Source: an uncultured Erysipelotrichaceae bacterium (GTDB lineage: Bacteria > Bacillota_I > Bacilli_A > RF39 > UBA660). From it: a stretch of 64,000 bases of DNA. Below, piece by piece: positions 26,217-37,743 of this stretch. Below the pieces are notes generated by a model, which did not search any database, was not told the origin of the DNA, and saw only the letters and a list, made by a program, of their open reading frames with translations. The translations under genes and the position numbers were made by a program. Location: positions 687 to 64,686 of the forward strand of contig CADBUX010000001.1 in the NCBI GenBank assembly GCA_902797995.1, given 5' to 3'. Within the stretch, counting starts at the first letter, position 1. The number at the start of each line of letters is the position of its first letter.

Positions 26217-26891
26217 ATGAAAGATTGGATTTTAGAAAATACTGTTGTTACACAACAACAATATGATTACTTTTTAGACAGAGTAATTAGTCATCAATCT
26301 AATGATGGATTAAAAAGAAAAAAATGGAGAAATGTTAAAAATCATCCAATGATTAAAATACAGAGTTTTACTGTGTATAATCCTAAACTTATTACTTCGT
26401 TATCAATTAAAAGAACTGCTAATAATATGTATGGTTATAAGGGCTTGGAATTTTTGCTAATAACTGATTATGCTGAACAAAATAATATTGAGTTGCCTGA
26501 AAAATTAAAAAATGATCTTTTAGATTCTAGATTAAGAGCTGGAAAGTGTGATTATTTAAGTATTGAGCTTATGAGTTTTTTTAAGAATTCTAGAGTTCTT
26601 ATTATCAGAATTGAGGATTGCTATATAGAAGATGAACCTGTTACTCATGTGGTGGTTGAAATTCAAACTGATAAGGGTAGTTATATTCTGGATGCTACTA
26701 AAAATCTGTTTATGGAAACCAAACAGTATTTTAATATGATGGGAAGAGTAGAAGTTTTAAATGTTGTTTCTTCAGAAAAAGCTAAAAAAGATATTGATGA
26801 ACTTATATCGTTAGGTTTAGGTTCAGAACTTCTTGGGGCAGAGTATTTTGCTTTTGATGAGGAAATTATGAATGCTGTTAATAGAAGATAA
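26217..26891 (+). CDS. unknown protein with a transglutaminase-like Cys-His-Asp core, inserted between nusG and rplK
   Basis: GKCDYLSIELMSFF ... THVVVEIQTDKGSYILDATKN matches the C / H.x.E / D.T spacing of transglutaminase-like cysteine peptidases. Confidence 0.4.
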   Translation: MKDWILENTVVTQQQYDYFLDRVISHQSNDGLKRKKWRNVKNHPMIKIQSFTVYNPKLITSLSIKRTANNMYGYKGLEFLLITDYAEQNNIELPEKLKNDLLDSRLRAGKCDYLSIELMSFFKNSRVLIIRIEDCYIEDEPVTHVVVEIQTDKGSYILDATKNLFMETKQYFNMMGRVEVLNVVSSEKAKKDIDELISLGLGSELLGAEYFAFDEEIMNAVNRR

Positions 26892-26936
26892 AAATTGTTT
26901 TATTGAGAACAAAAACATATATTTTAAAACAAACTA

Positions 26937-26965
26937 TTGATATTTTTAGCTAAAAGTGCTATTAT
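26937..26965 (+). promoter_or_regulatory. promoter for rplK-rplA (TTGATA, 17-nt spacer, TGcTATTAT)
   Basis: Hexamers read at 26937-26942 and 26960-26965. Confidence 0.5.
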
Positions 26966-27009
26966 TTAATACGTTTATATATATTTTGTATATATAATTA
27001 TAAATTTAA

Positions 27010-27038
27010 GTGGGAAGCAAAGCGGCTATTATTACCAC
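27010..27038 (+). ncRNA. candidate L1-binding leader hairpin, copy 1 (upstream of rplK)
   Basis: GUGGGAAGCAAAGCGGCUAUUAUUACCAC. The closing stem GUGG/CCAC and the GGGA..GCUA core are shared with copy 2. Confidence 0.4.
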
Positions 27039-27079
27039 TCGCGAAGAATTAAAACAAAAATAATATGGAGGTGTTTTTC

Positions 27080-27505
27080 GTGAATAAGGAAGTTGTTAAA
27101 GTAATTAAATTACAAATTGAAGCAGGAAAAGCTACGCCAGCTCCACCAGTTGGTACTGTTCTTGGACCTGCCGGAATTAATTTAGGAGAGTTTTGTACAA
27201 AATATAATGATGCTACAAGAGATAGAATGGGAGATGTTCTTCCTGTTGAAATTTCTGTATATGAAGATCGTTCATTTGATTTTGTAATTAAGACTCCACC
27301 TGCAGCATTTTTAATAAAGAAATATGCTAAGGTTAAAAAGGGATCTACAAAAGGCTCAAGTGAAATAGTTGGATCGCTTACAAAAGAACAACTTAAAGAA
27401 ATAGCAGAAACTAAATTACCTGATTTAAATGCTTATACTGTTGAAGAAGCAATGAAAATAGTTGCAGGTACTGCTAAAAACATGGGAATTGAAATAGTTG
27501 AATAA
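27080..27505 (+). CDS. rplK: 50S ribosomal protein L11
   Basis: GTG 27080 lies 8 nt after [21 protein letters not shown] motif, 141 aa. Confidence 0.95.
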   Translation: MNKEVVKVIKLQIEAGKATPAPPVGTVLGPAGINLGEFCTKYNDATRDRMGDVLPVEISVYEDRSFDFVIKTPPAAFLIKKYAKVKKGSTKGSSEIVGSLTKEQLKEIAETKLPDLNAYTVEEAMKIVAGTAKNMGIEIVE

Positions 27506-27540
27506 TTAGTAATTAATAGTTAATACATAGACTTTGTTCT

Positions 27541-27570
27541 ATGTGGGAGGTAGAACCGCTAATACCACAT
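27541..27570 (+). ncRNA. candidate L1-binding leader hairpin, copy 2 (abuts the rplA RBS)
   Basis: AUGUGGGAGGUAGAACCGCUAAUACCACAU. The 3' arm ends 1 nt before AAGGAGG. Confidence 0.45.
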
Positions 27571-27584
27571 AAGGAGGAATTAAG

Positions 27585-28283
27585 ATGAAGTTTAGAGGAA
27601 AAAATTATAAAAACGAAGCTTCAAAAATTGAAAAAGGAAAACTTTATACTAAAGAAGAAGCAGTTAAATTAATTAAAGAAGTATCCAATACTAAATTTGA
27701 TGCTACTGTAGAAGTTGCAATGAATTTAAACTTAAATGTTAAAAAAGCTGATCAACAATTAAGAGGTGCTATAGTGCTTCCAAAAGGTACTGGTAAAAGT
27801 GCTAGAGTACTTGTTATAGCTAAAGGTGATGGGGCTAAAGCTGCTAAGGAAGCTGGGGCTGATTACGTTGGTGAAGCTGACATGATTGAAAAGATTCAAA
27901 AAGAAAACTGGTTTGATTTTGATACTTTAATTGCTACTCCTGACATGATGCCAGCTCTTGGTAAAATTGGTAAGATTCTTGGACCAAAAGGTCTTATGCC
28001 AAATCCTAAAACTGGTACAGTAACAATGAATGTTAAACAAGCTGTAGAAGATGCTAAAGCTGGTAAGCTTGAATATCGTACAGATAGTTATGGTAACGTT
28101 CATGGAATAATTGGAAAAGTTTCATTTAGTGAAGCAGATCTTTTAGAAAATTTAAATGCTTTTGTTAAAACAATACTAAGAGCTAAACCTCAAACTGCTA
28201 AAGGAACATATGTTAAGTCAATAAGTTTATCTGCTACTATGAGTCCTGCAGTTAAAGTAGATCAAAATAGTTTTGACAATTAA
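27585..28283 (+). CDS. rplA: 50S ribosomal protein L1
   Basis: 232 aa. Unmistakable L1 sequence ([28 protein letters not shown]). Confidence 0.97.
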   Translation: MKFRGKNYKNEASKIEKGKLYTKEEAVKLIKEVSNTKFDATVEVAMNLNLNVKKADQQLRGAIVLPKGTGKSARVLVIAKGDGAKAAKEAGADYVGEADMIEKIQKENWFDFDTLIATPDMMPALGKIGKILGPKGLMPNPKTGTVTMNVKQAVEDAKAGKLEYRTDSYGNVHGIIGKVSFSEADLLENLNAFVKTILRAKPQTAKGTYVKSISLSATMSPAVKVDQNSFDN

Positions 28284-28309
28284 TAATTTATAGTATATAA
28301 TACTGATAT

Positions 28310-28394
28310 CAAGTGCCAAAGACAGTAGGTAATAAGTAAATCCTACCGAGGACTTATACTTTGTATATAAGGAGTCTTTGCATAGACTCTTTTA
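28310..28394 (+). ncRNA. rplJ (L10) leader with mutually exclusive antiterminator and terminator hairpins
   Basis: GACAGUAGG..CCUACCGAGG element. GACUU(28351-55)/GAGUC(28372-76) competes with GAGUCU(28372-77)/AGACUC(28384-89), which is followed by a U run. Confidence 0.55.
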
Positions 28395-28438
28395 TCTTTT
28401 GCACTTATAAATATATATATTTTGAAAGGAGGATGTCT

Positions 28439-28933
28439 ATGCCTAGTGTTAAAGCTTTAGAACTTAAACAAGCTGTTGTGTCTGAAATCAAAGATAAGTG
28501 TGAAAATGCTAAATCACTTGTTTTGTTTGATTATCGCGGACTTACAGATAGTGAAATAAAAGATTTAAGGGTTAAACTTAGAGAAAATGATTCAGAATAT
28601 AAAGTTTATAAGAATACTCTTTTAAAACTTGCTTTTAAGGATATGAAACTTGATTTTGATGAATTCTTAAGTGGTCCTACTGCAATTGCATTTTCAAATG
28701 ATGATGTAGCTGCTGTTAAAGTTTTAAGCGATGTAAGTAAGAAAAACGAAGCGTTAGTGTTAAAAGCAGGATATATTGAAAAAAATATATGTGATAAAGC
28801 TAAACTTGATGAATTTGCTAAGATCCCATCTAGGGAAGGATTATATACAATGCTTGCTGGTGGTATGATTCAAATAGTAAAAGATTTATCTATTGCTTTA
28901 AATCTATATGCTGAACAAAAAGAAGGTGAGTAG
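28439..28933 (+). CDS. rplJ: 50S ribosomal protein L10
   Basis: AGGAGG, then ATG 28439. 164 aa, MPSVKALELKQAVVSEI... Confidence 0.93.
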   Translation: MPSVKALELKQAVVSEIKDKCENAKSLVLFDYRGLTDSEIKDLRVKLRENDSEYKVYKNTLLKLAFKDMKLDFDEFLSGPTAIAFSNDDVAAVKVLSDVSKKNEALVLKAGYIEKNICDKAKLDEFAKIPSREGLYTMLAGGMIQIVKDLSIALNLYAEQKEGE

Positions 28934-28934
28934 G

Positions 28935-29375
28935 TTGAATAGAAATGGTAGAATTAAAACTCTAGAAGAAGCTAAAAAAGAACTTGAGAGTTTGGAAGAA
29001 CTTCAAAAAAATGATCCTGCTGCTGCTAAAATAGTAGCGAAGGCTGCTCTTATTAGAACAGGGGTTCTTAATGAAGATGGAAGTTCTAAAGAACATATAG
29101 TTACAGAGTCTCTTATTGGTTATGAAGAAAATAATATGTCCTATGAAAGCATTGTTGACACTATGAAAAAGTGTATGAAAGGATTAAGAGATTTAGGTGA
29201 TGGAGATTATGAAAAAACTCGTAGTCTTATTAAAGATTCACTTATGGATAGTGGCTTTGTTACTAAAGATGGACATCTTATCGTGAGAGAAAAAAGAGCT
29301 CCACATGTAGAAGCGTTTTTCAAAAGAGTAGAAGATGAAATGAAGGCTTCAAGTAAACAAAGAGTGAGAAAATAA
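28935..29375 (+). CDS. unknown ~147-aa protein encoded between rplJ and rplL
   Basis: Open frame. TTG 28935 follows GAAGGTGAG (alternative ATG at 28908 lies inside rplJ). Codon style matches its neighbours. No terminator on either side. Confidence 0.55.
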   Translation: MNRNGRIKTLEEAKKELESLEELQKNDPAAAKIVAKAALIRTGVLNEDGSSKEHIVTESLIGYEENNMSYESIVDTMKKCMKGLRDLGDGDYEKTRSLIKDSLMDSGFVTKDGHLIVREKRAPHVEAFFKRVEDEMKASSKQRVRK

Positions 29376-29405
29376 AAAAATTAAATATAAGGAGGAAAAT
29401 AAATT

Positions 29406-29774
29406 ATGGCTAAAATAACAAAGGAAGATTTTATTAGTTCTTTAAAGGAAATGACATTATTAGAAGTAAAGGAATTAGTTGATGCAATGAAGGAAGAATT
29501 TGGTGTAGATCCAAGTGCTGTAGCAGTTGCTGCTGCTCCTGCTGGAGCTCAAGAAGAAGCTGCTCCAAGTAAGCAAACTGTAGTTTTAACAAGTGCTGGT
29601 GCTGCTAAAATTAATGTTATTAAGATTATAAGAGAAGTTACTGGTCTTGGACTTAAAGAAGCTAAAGATATTGCTGACAATGGCGGAAACGTTAAAGAAA
29701 ATATTCCTACTGAAGAAGCTAATGAACTTAAAGCTAGACTTGAAGAAGCTGGCGCTGAAGTTGAATTAAAATAA
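29406..29774 (+). CDS. rplL: 50S ribosomal protein L7/L12
   Basis: 122 aa. Ala-rich hinge, then IKIIREVTGLGLKEAKD. Confidence 0.97.
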   Translation: MAKITKEDFISSLKEMTLLEVKELVDAMKEEFGVDPSAVAVAAAPAGAQEEAAPSKQTVVLTSAGAAKINVIKIIREVTGLGLKEAKDIADNGGNVKENIPTEEANELKARLEEAGAEVELK

Positions 29775-29791
29775 TAATTAATTAAGTATTT

Positions 29792-29820
29792 AAAGCCGTT
29801 TGCTATGCATATGGCTTTTT
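29792..29820 (+). terminator. intrinsic terminator or attenuator after rplL
   Basis: AAAGCCGT-(9 nt)-ATGGCTTT stem-loop plus T run. Confidence 0.55.
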
Positions 29821-29842
29821 GTGCTATAAAGGGGAAGATAAA

Positions 29843-30427
29843 ATGAACCATTACTTTACTAATGAAGAAGTCAAAAGTGAGCTTAGAAGAATAAATGTTA
29901 ATATCTCTGATAAGAAGTTTGTTTTTAATGTAGATAACGGTGTTTTTTCTAAGAAAGGTCTAGATTTTGGGAGTCGCAGCATGATTGAGGCTTTACTTAC
30001 TGAATCACTTTCTGGTAAAGCTTTAGATGTTGGATGCGGATATGGTCCAATAGGTATCATTTTATCTTCTTTTTTTAATTTAAGTTTTGATATGATTGAT
30101 GTTAACAAAAGAGCAGTTCACTTATGTGAAATGAATATAAAAGAAAACAAAGTGAATTGTAATACTTTTGTAAGTGATATTTATGAAAATGTTAACAAAA
30201 AATACGATTTTATTGTAACTAATCCACCTATTAGAGCTGGTAAGGAAATAGTTTATAAAATACTCTTTGAAGCTAAGGATTATTTGCTACCGGGAGGAGT
30301 TTTATACTTTGTAGTAAACAAGAATCAAGGTGCTAAAAGTATGGTTCGTGATTTAAGTAAAGTTGCTAAAGTAGATGTACTTAAAAATAATAAAGGATTT
30401 TTTGTAATAAAATGTATTTTTGATTGA
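29843..30427 (+). CDS. class I SAM-dependent rRNA methyltransferase (RsmC/YbxB-like)
   Basis: Motif I LDVGCGYGPIG, motif IV VTNPPIRAG. Same position as Bacillus ybxB, between rplL and rpoB. Confidence 0.8.
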   Translation: MNHYFTNEEVKSELRRINVNISDKKFVFNVDNGVFSKKGLDFGSRSMIEALLTESLSGKALDVGCGYGPIGIILSSFFNLSFDMIDVNKRAVHLCEMNIKENKVNCNTFVSDIYENVNKKYDFIVTNPPIRAGKEIVYKILFEAKDYLLPGGVLYFVVNKNQGAKSMVRDLSKVAKVDVLKNNKGFFVIKCIFD

Positions 30428-30523
30428 CAAGTTGATATTTTTATGGTAATAATATAAGTTGGTTATTTGTCCGTTTTTAGGGATGAAGATTTTTGAAAAT
30501 TTGAAAGTAGGGGTGAATTTTTA

Positions 30524-33500
30524 GTGGCATACAAATTAATAAATTGTGGTGACCATCGCAAACGTAGAAGTTTTTCCAAAATCAAGAATACTTATGAATT
30601 AACTGATTTATTGGAAATTCAAAAGAAATCATATAATTGGTTTGTGGAAAAAGGTATTGAGGAAGTCTTTAGTGATTTGTTCCCCGTAGAAAATTTTGCA
30701 GGAACACTTTCGCTAGAGTTTGGTGATTATCATTTTGATGAACCAAGATATTCCGTAAAAGAGTGTAAAGAAAGGTATGCTACTTTTGCTGCGCCTTTAA
30801 AAGTTGATGTTAGGCTTTTTAACAATGAAACTGGTGAAGTAAAAGAGCAAGAAATATTCTTAGGAGATATGCCTCTTATGACTGACAGTGGAACTTTTGT
30901 CATAAATGGTGCAGAACGTGTTATTGTATCTCAACTTGTTAGATCTCCAAGTGTATATTTTAATAAGGAAATCGATAAGAATGGTAGGCTCTTAATTACA
31001 TCACAAATAATTCCTACTCGTGGTACTTGGCTTGAATTTGAAGCAGATGCTAGGGATATTTTATATGTAAGAATAGATCGTACTAGAAAAGTACCTTTAA
31101 CTACTATGCTTCGTGCATTTGGTTTATCTAGTGATGATGAGATAATCGATTTGTTTGGTAAGAGTGATTTTATTGAAAATACTATTGCTAAAGATTCTAC
31201 TAGAAATACAGATGAAGCTTTAATTGAAATATATGAAAAGTTAAGGCCAGGAGAACCAGCAACTTTAGATAGTTCTAAAAACCAAATTATTACTAGATTC
31301 TTTGATGAATTTAGATATGATTTAGCTAAGGTTGGTAGATATAAGTTTAATCTTAAACTTAATGTTATGGATAGACTTCTTGGACAAACACTTGCTGAGG
31401 ATATTAAGGTTGATAAGAACATAGTTTGTGCTAAAGGTACTGTTTTAACTAAAGATGTTTTGGAAGAACTTAAACCTGTATTTGAAGCTGGTTATGGTGT
31501 TAAGGAAGTTAAGATTAACGAAGAACTTGATACGTATAATAAAGTTCAAATAGTTAAGATTTATAAACCTGGTACTAAAGAAAAAATGGTTGTTATTGGT
31601 AATGATCAAACGATAGATAGTAAAAGACTTACTATATCTGATTTTTATGCATCTTGTTCATATTATTTAAATCTTTTACAAGGTGTTGGAAACTTTGATG
31701 AAATAGACCACTTAGGAAACAGAAGAATTCGTCAAGTAGGAGAACTTTTACAAAATCAATTTAGAGTTGGTGTTACTCGTATGGAAAGAGTTATTCGTGA
31801 AAGAATGACTACTCAAGATATAAATGAAGTAACTCCTAAAACACTTATTAATATAAGACCAGTTACTGCGATATTAAAAGAATTCTTTGGTAGTTCACAA
31901 CTATCACAATTTATGGATCAAAATAATCCAATTGCAGAACTTACACATAAAAGACGTCTTAGTGCATTAGGACCAGGTGGTCTTTCTCGTGATAGAGCAG
32001 GAATGGATGTACGTGACGTTAATGAATCACACTATGGTAGAATTTGTCCGATTGAATCTCCAGAAGGGCCAAACATTGGACTTATTACTACACTTGCTAG
32101 TTATGCTAAAATTGATGAATATGGATTTATTCAAACTCCATATCGTAAAGTTGTAGATTCAGTTATTCAAGATGATGTTCATTATTTAACTGCTAGCGAA
32201 GAAAACGATGTTATAATTTCACAATCTACAGTTACTACAGATGATAATAATAAAATAATAGATGAAAAAGTTGCAGCTCGTTATCGTGGTGAAAACTTAA
32301 TGGTTACTCCTGATAAGGTTGACTATATTGATGTTTCTCCACAACAAGTTGTATCTATTACAACAAGTTGTATTCCGTTCTTGGAACACGATGATGCAAC
32401 TCGTGCTTTAATGGGATCTAATATGCAACGTCAAGCAGTACCGCTTCTTACAACTGAAGCACCATTTGTAGGTACTGGTGTTGAACATATAGCTGCTCGT
32501 GACAGTGGTTCTACTATTGTAGCTAAGGCTGATGGTGTTGTAAGTTATGTTGATGGTAGAAAGGTAGTTGTTAAGAATAAAGGCGGAGAAGATACATATT
32601 ATTTATCTGACTTTGAAGCTTCTAACCAAGATACTTGTTTCCATCATAGACCTATAGTTAAAGTAGGAGATAAAGTTAAACGTGGTAAGACTATTCTTGC
32701 TGATGGACCTTCTACTGATATGGGAGAACTTGCTCTTGGTAAGAATATGGTTGTAGCATTCATGTTATTTAATGGATATAACTACGAAGACGCTGTAATA
32801 CTTAATGAAAGATTAGTTAAAGATGATGCATATACTACTATTCATATAGTAGATTATGAAATGCCTTGTCGTGAAACAAAACTTGGACCTGAAGAGATTA
32901 CTCGTGATATTCCTAATGTTAGTGAAGAATCACGTAAAAACTTAGATGCTGAAGGTATTATTAGAATTGGTACTGAAGTAAAAGAAGGGGATATTCTTGT
33001 TGGTAAAGTTACTCCAAAAGGAATGGCAGAACTTACTAGTGAAGAAAAATTACTTCATGCAATCTTTGGTGAAAAGACTCGTGAAGTTCGTGATACATCA
33101 CTTAGAGTTCCACATGGTGGAGATGGTATAGTTCACGATGTTAAAATATTTACTAAAAAGAATAGTGATGAACTTCCTAGTGGAGTATCAAAACTAATTC
33201 GTGTATATATAGTACAAAAGAGAAAAATACAAGTTGGGGATAAGATGTCAGGTCGTCATGGTAATAAAGGTGTTATTTCACTTATTTTACCTGAAGAAGA
33301 TATGCCATTTATGCCTGATGGTAGACCAGTTGATATCATGCTTAACCCACTTGGAGTTCCATCTCGTATGAACATTGGTCAAGTACTAGAACTTCATTTA
33401 GGTATGGCTGCTAAGAAACTTGGTGTTCACGTAGCAACTCCAGTATTTGATGGTGCTACTGAAGAAGATATAGCTGCTATGATGAAAGAAGCAGGTATGG

Positions 33501-34114
33501 CTGAGGATGGTAAGACTATTCTATATGATGGTCGTACAGGTCGTCCATTTGATAATAGGGTATCAGTTGGAGTTATGTACATGATTAAACTTCACCACAT
33601 GGTTGAAGATAAGATGCATGCACGTGCTACCGGACCTTATTCACTTGTCACTCAACAACCACTTGGAGGTAAAGCTCAATTTGGTGGACAAAGATTTGGA
33701 GAAATGGAAGTTTGGGCTCTTTATGCTTATGGTGCTGCTCATACACTTCAAGAAATTTTAACTGTTAAATCAGATGATGTTATTGGACGTGTTAAGGTTT
33801 ATGAAGCGCTTGTTAAAGGTCAAAAAGTAGATCAAGCTGGTGTTCCTGAATCATTTAGAGTATTAATTAAGGAATTCCAAGCTTTAGGACTTGATATTCA
33901 AATAATTAATGATAAGAATGAAGTTCTAGACTTAAAGGAAATAGAAAGAGAAGAAATTAGTGAAAATACTAGTTTTGCAATAGATGATATTGAATTTAAA
34001 AAATTATCAGATGAAGCTTCTACTGAAGAGGAACCTTTGGAGGAACATGAGGTAGATGAAGATGATGAACTTGATTTTTCGGATGAAGCTTTAGAAAGTG
34101 AGGTGGAATACTAA
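30524..34114 (+). CDS. rpoB: DNA-directed RNA polymerase subunit beta
   Basis: 1196 aa, GTG start, full set of conserved beta blocks. Confidence 0.98.
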   Translation: MAYKLINCGDHRKRRSFSKIKNTYELTDLLEIQKKSYNWFVEKGIEEVFSDLFPVENFAGTLSLEFGDYHFDEPRYSVKECKERYATFAAPLKVDVRLFNNETGEVKEQEIFLGDMPLMTDSGTFVINGAERVIVSQLVRSPSVYFNKEIDKNGRLLITSQIIPTRGTWLEFEADARDILYVRIDRTRKVPLTTMLRAFGLSSDDEIIDLFGKSDFIENTIAKDSTRNTDEALIEIYEKLRPGEPATLDSSKNQIITRFFDEFRYDLAKVGRYKFNLKLNVMDRLLGQTLAEDIKVDKNIVCAKGTVLTKDVLEELKPVFEAGYGVKEVKINEELDTYNKVQIVKIYKPGTKEKMVVIGNDQTIDSKRLTISDFYASCSYYLNLLQGVGNFDEIDHLGNRRIRQVGELLQNQFRVGVTRMERVIRERMTTQDINEVTPKTLINIRPVTAILKEFFGSSQLSQFMDQNNPIAELTHKRRLSALGPGGLSRDRAGMDVRDVNESHYGRICPIESPEGPNIGLITTLASYAKIDEYGFIQTPYRKVVDSVIQDDVHYLTASEENDVIISQSTVTTDDNNKIIDEKVAARYRGENLMVTPDKVDYIDVSPQQVVSITTSCIPFLEHDDATRALMGSNMQRQAVPLLTTEAPFVGTGVEHIAARDSGSTIVAKADGVVSYVDGRKVVVKNKGGEDTYYLSDFEASNQDTCFHHRPIVKVGDKVKRGKTILADGPSTDMGELALGKNMVVAFMLFNGYNYEDAVILNERLVKDDAYTTIHIVDYEMPCRETKLGPEEITRDIPNVSEESRKNLDAEGIIRIGTEVKEGDILVGKVTPKGMAELTSEEKLLHAIFGEKTREVRDTSLRVPHGGDGIVHDVKIFTKKNSDELPSGVSKLIRVYIVQKRKIQVGDKMSGRHGNKGVISLILPEEDMPFMPDGRPVDIMLNPLGVPSRMNIGQVLELHLGMAAKKLGVHVATPVFDGATEEDIAAMMKEAGMAEDGKTILYDGRTGRPFDNRVSVGVMYMIKLHHMVEDKMHARATGPYSLVTQQPLGGKAQFGGQRFGEMEVWALYAYGAAHTLQEILTVKSDDVIGRVKVYEALVKGQKVDQAGVPESFRVLIKEFQALGLDIQIINDKNEVLDLKEIEREEISENTSFAIDDIEFKKLSDEASTEEEPLEEHEVDEDDELDFSDEALESEVEY

Positions 34115-37100
34115 TGTTGGAAGTAAATAAAGTTGAAGCTTTAAAAATTGGTATTGCATCTTCTGATAAGATACGTGAATGGTCTTATGGTGAAGTTAAA
34201 AAACCTGAAACTATTAACTATCGTACTTTAAAACCTGAAAGAGATGGACTATTCTGTGAAAAAATCTTTGGGCCTACTAAAGACTTTGAATGTTCATGTG
34301 GTAAATATAAAAGAGTGAAGTATAAAAATATAATCTGTGATAGATGTGGGGTTGAAGTAACTCGTTCAAAAGTTAGACGTGAAAGAATGGGACATATTGA
34401 GCTTGCTTCTCCTGTATCACACATTTGGTATTTTAAAGGAATTCCATCTCGTATGGGTACTGTACTTGATATGAGTCAACGTGACTTGGAAGAAGTTCTA
34501 TATTTTGTATCATATGTTGTTATTGATAAAGGTATTGCACCACTTGAAAACAAGCAAACATTATCTGAAAAAGAATATCGTGCATATTATGAAAAATATG
34601 GTGATGGATTCAGAGTAGGAATGGGTGCTGAAGCTGTTAAAGAACTTCTTAAACAAGTTGATCTTGAAAAGGAAATTGCTGATATACGTAAAAAGTTAGA
34701 AAATGCACAAGGTCAAAAGAGAACTTCTCTTTTGAAAAGACTTGATATACTTGATGCATTCTATAAATCTGGTAATAAGCCTGAATGGATGATTATGGAT
34801 GCTATTCCAGTTATTCCACCAGAACTTAGGCCAATGATTCAACTTGATGGTGGTAGATTTGCTACTTCTGATTTAAACGATTTATACCGTCGTGTTATTA
34901 ATCGTAATAATCGTTTGAAGAAACTAATTGATTTAGGAGCTCCATCTATCATTATTCAAAATGAAAAGAGAATGCTTCAAGAAGCAGTTGACGCTTTATT
35001 TGACAATGGACGCCGTGGTAAGAGCGTTACTGGTGCTGGAAATCGTCCTCTTAAATCACTTTCTAGTATGTTAAAAGGTAAACAAGGACGTTTTAGACAA
35101 AACCTTCTTGGTAAACGTGTTGATTACTCAGGACGTAGTGTTATTATTGTAGGACCTAGTCTTAAAATGTATCAATGTGGTCTTCCAAAAGGAATGGCAC
35201 TTGAATTATTTAAACCACATGTTATACATGGACTTGTTGAAAAAGGAATTGCTCATAATATTAAGGCTGCTAAGAAACTTATCGATAATCAAGATGAAAG
35301 AGTATGGGATATAGTTGAAGAAGTTATTAAAGAACATCCTGTTATGCTTAACCGTGCTCCAACTCTTCATAGACTTGGTATTCAAGCATTTGAACCAAAA
35401 TTAATTGGTGGTAAAGCTATTCGTCTTCACCCTCTTGTATGTCCTGCATTTAATGCAGACTTTGATGGTGACCAAATGGCTGTACACGTACCACTTTCTG
35501 AAGAAGCTCAAGCTGAAGCTAGACTTTTAATGCTTGGTGCTAATAACATTCTTCATCCAAAAAGTGGGGAACCGGTTGTTACTCCTGCTCAAGATATGGT
35601 TCTTGGTAATTATTATCTTACAATGGAAGAACAAGACGAAGATGAAGGACGTGTATTTAGAAACTCTAATGAAGCTTTAATGGAATATGAACGTGGAGAT
35701 CTTAAACTTCATACTAGAATAGCTTTAAGAGTTGATTCATTTAAACATAAATTGTTCTCTGAAGAACATAAAAATGATTATTTAGTTACTACTGTTGGTA
35801 AATTAATATTTAATGAAATACTTCCTGATACATTCCCTTATATTAATGAACCTACTAAAGAAAATATTGAAAAGATTACTCCAAGTAAATATTTCTTAAA
35901 ACCTGGTACTAATATAAAGGAAGCAATTAAGGAAATGCCAATTGTGGAACCATTCCCTGTTAAGACTTTAAAGCAAATAATTGCTCAAATATTTAAGCTT
36001 TATAAGACTACTGAAACATCAATTATGCTTGATAGGCTTAAAGATTTAGGATTTAAATATTCTACAATAAGTGGTACTACAGTATCAGCTCATGACGTTG
36101 CTACAAGTAGTAAAAAAACTCAAATAATTGCTGAAAGTAATAAGATGGTGGATAAGATCAATAAGCAATATGCACGTGGTCTTATTACTGAAGAAGAAAG
36201 ATATAATAGTGTTATCAATGTTTGGTATAAAGCTAAAGATGATGTTCAAGCTGAACTTCAAGAAATTGCAGATAATGCAACTACTAATCCAATCTTTATG
36301 ATGATGAAGTCTGGTGCTCGTGGTAAGATTTCACAATTTGTACAGTTATCTGGTATGCGTGGTCTTATGAGTAAACCAGGTGGACGTGTTATTGAAATTC
36401 CAGTTATTTCTTCATTTAAAGAAGGATTGTCTGTATCTGAATTCTTCTTATCTACGCATAGTGCTCGTAAAGGTAGTGCCGATACTGCTCTTAATACAGC
36501 ATCTTCTGGATACTTAACTCGTAGACTTGTAGATGTTTCTCAAGATGTTATTGTTAAAGAAGCTGATTGTGGTACAGACTTTGGAGTTACTGTGGAAGCA
36601 TTTATTAACGAAAAAGACGGAACTGTTATCGAAAACTTATATGATCGTATCGTTGGCCGTTATGCAAGTAAAAAGGTAATTAATCCGAATACTCGCGAAG
36701 TAATCGTTGAAAAAGATGAATTTATCGGAGAAAAAGAAGCTGAAAAAATAGTGGCTGCCGGAATAGAAAAAGTTGAAATTAGAAGCGTTCTTACATGTAA
36801 TACTCATAATGGTGTATGTCAAAAATGTTATGGTAAGAACCTTGCTACTGGTAACCTTGTTGAAGTTGGAGAAGCTATTGGTATTATGGCTGCTCAATCA
36901 ATTGGTGAACCTGGTACACAACTTACAATGCGTACATTCCATACTGGTGGTGTTGCTGGGGGAGAAGATATTACTCAAGGTCTTCCTCGTGTTGAAGAGT
37001 TATTTGAAGCTAGAACTCCAAAAGGTCAAGCTACAATTGCTACGATCGATGGAAAAGTTAAAGATATTAAAGAAGATCATGGTAAGTATAAAATTAAGAT

Positions 37101-37743
37101 TAAGAATAAACTTGAAGAAGTTGAACATGTTACTAACTATGGTGCTAAACTTAGAGTAGCTAAGGGCGATGAAGTTAAAGTTGGAGATAAACTTACTGAA
37201 GGTAATATTAGTCCAAAAGAACTTCTTGCAGTTACTGATCCTATTACAACTCAAACTTATATTTTAAAAGAAATTCAAAAGGCTTATAGAGCTCAAGGTG
37301 TTGATATATCTGATAAACATATTGAAGTTGTTGTAAGTAGAATGATTTCTAAGATTAGAATAAGAGAAGGTGGAGATACTGAATTATTAATAGGAAGTTT
37401 AGTTAATATTAAAGATTTCTCTGATATTAATAAAGAAGCAATTCTTAAGGGTAAAAGACCTGCTTCTGGTAAACCAATACTTCTTGGTATTACTAAAGCT
37501 TCACTTGAGACTGAATCATTCTTATCTGCTGCATCATTCCAAGAAACTACTAGAGTTCTTACTGATGCCTCAATTAAAGGTAAGATTGATACACTTCAAG
37601 GACTTAAGGAAAATGTTATTATTGGTAAACTTATTCCTGCGGGAACAGGTGCTAGACAATATAGAGATGTTTCTTATGAACTAAAAAGACAATTTATGTC
37701 TGATGAAGCTATGGATGCTTTAGAAGATGAATTAATGGAATAG
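34114..37743 (+). CDS. rpoC: DNA-directed RNA polymerase subunit beta'
   Basis: 1209 aa. Zn ribbon CSCGKYK..CDRCG, catalytic NADFDGDQM. Confidence 0.98.
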   Translation: MLEVNKVEALKIGIASSDKIREWSYGEVKKPETINYRTLKPERDGLFCEKIFGPTKDFECSCGKYKRVKYKNIICDRCGVEVTRSKVRRERMGHIELASPVSHIWYFKGIPSRMGTVLDMSQRDLEEVLYFVSYVVIDKGIAPLENKQTLSEKEYRAYYEKYGDGFRVGMGAEAVKELLKQVDLEKEIADIRKKLENAQGQKRTSLLKRLDILDAFYKSGNKPEWMIMDAIPVIPPELRPMIQLDGGRFATSDLNDLYRRVINRNNRLKKLIDLGAPSIIIQNEKRMLQEAVDALFDNGRRGKSVTGAGNRPLKSLSSMLKGKQGRFRQNLLGKRVDYSGRSVIIVGPSLKMYQCGLPKGMALELFKPHVIHGLVEKGIAHNIKAAKKLIDNQDERVWDIVEEVIKEHPVMLNRAPTLHRLGIQAFEPKLIGGKAIRLHPLVCPAFNADFDGDQMAVHVPLSEEAQAEARLLMLGANNILHPKSGEPVVTPAQDMVLGNYYLTMEEQDEDEGRVFRNSNEALMEYERGDLKLHTRIALRVDSFKHKLFSEEHKNDYLVTTVGKLIFNEILPDTFPYINEPTKENIEKITPSKYFLKPGTNIKEAIKEMPIVEPFPVKTLKQIIAQIFKLYKTTETSIMLDRLKDLGFKYSTISGTTVSAHDVATSSKKTQIIAESNKMVDKINKQYARGLITEEERYNSVINVWYKAKDDVQAELQEIADNATTNPIFMMMKSGARGKISQFVQLSGMRGLMSKPGGRVIEIPVISSFKEGLSVSEFFLSTHSARKGSADTALNTASSGYLTRRLVDVSQDVIVKEADCGTDFGVTVEAFINEKDGTVIENLYDRIVGRYASKKVINPNTREVIVEKDEFIGEKEAEKIVAAGIEKVEIRSVLTCNTHNGVCQKCYGKNLATGNLVEVGEAIGIMAAQSIGEPGTQLTMRTFHTGGVAGGEDITQGLPRVEELFEARTPKGQATIATIDGKVKDIKEDHGKYKIKIKNKLEEVEHVTNYGAKLRVAKGDEVKVGDKLTEGNISPKELLAVTDPITTQTYILKEIQKAYRAQGVDISDKHIEVVVSRMISKIRIREGGDTELLIGSLVNIKDFSDINKEAILKGKRPASGKPILLGITKASLETESFLSAASFQETTRVLTDASIKGKIDTLQGLKENVIIGKLIPAGTGARQYRDVSYELKRQFMSDEAMDALEDELME

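Noticed and set aside
28361-28438. The long N-terminal extensions suggested by the ORF track for rplJ (28361), secE (25336), rpsJ (48301), rplX (53810), clpP (41284), rplK (27065), the MTase (29819), cls (10225) and others.
   Set aside because: The extensions cover promoter or leader RNA, lack an RBS and are not part of the conserved proteins. Internal starts with AGGAGG/GGTGA at correct spacing give canonical lengths.
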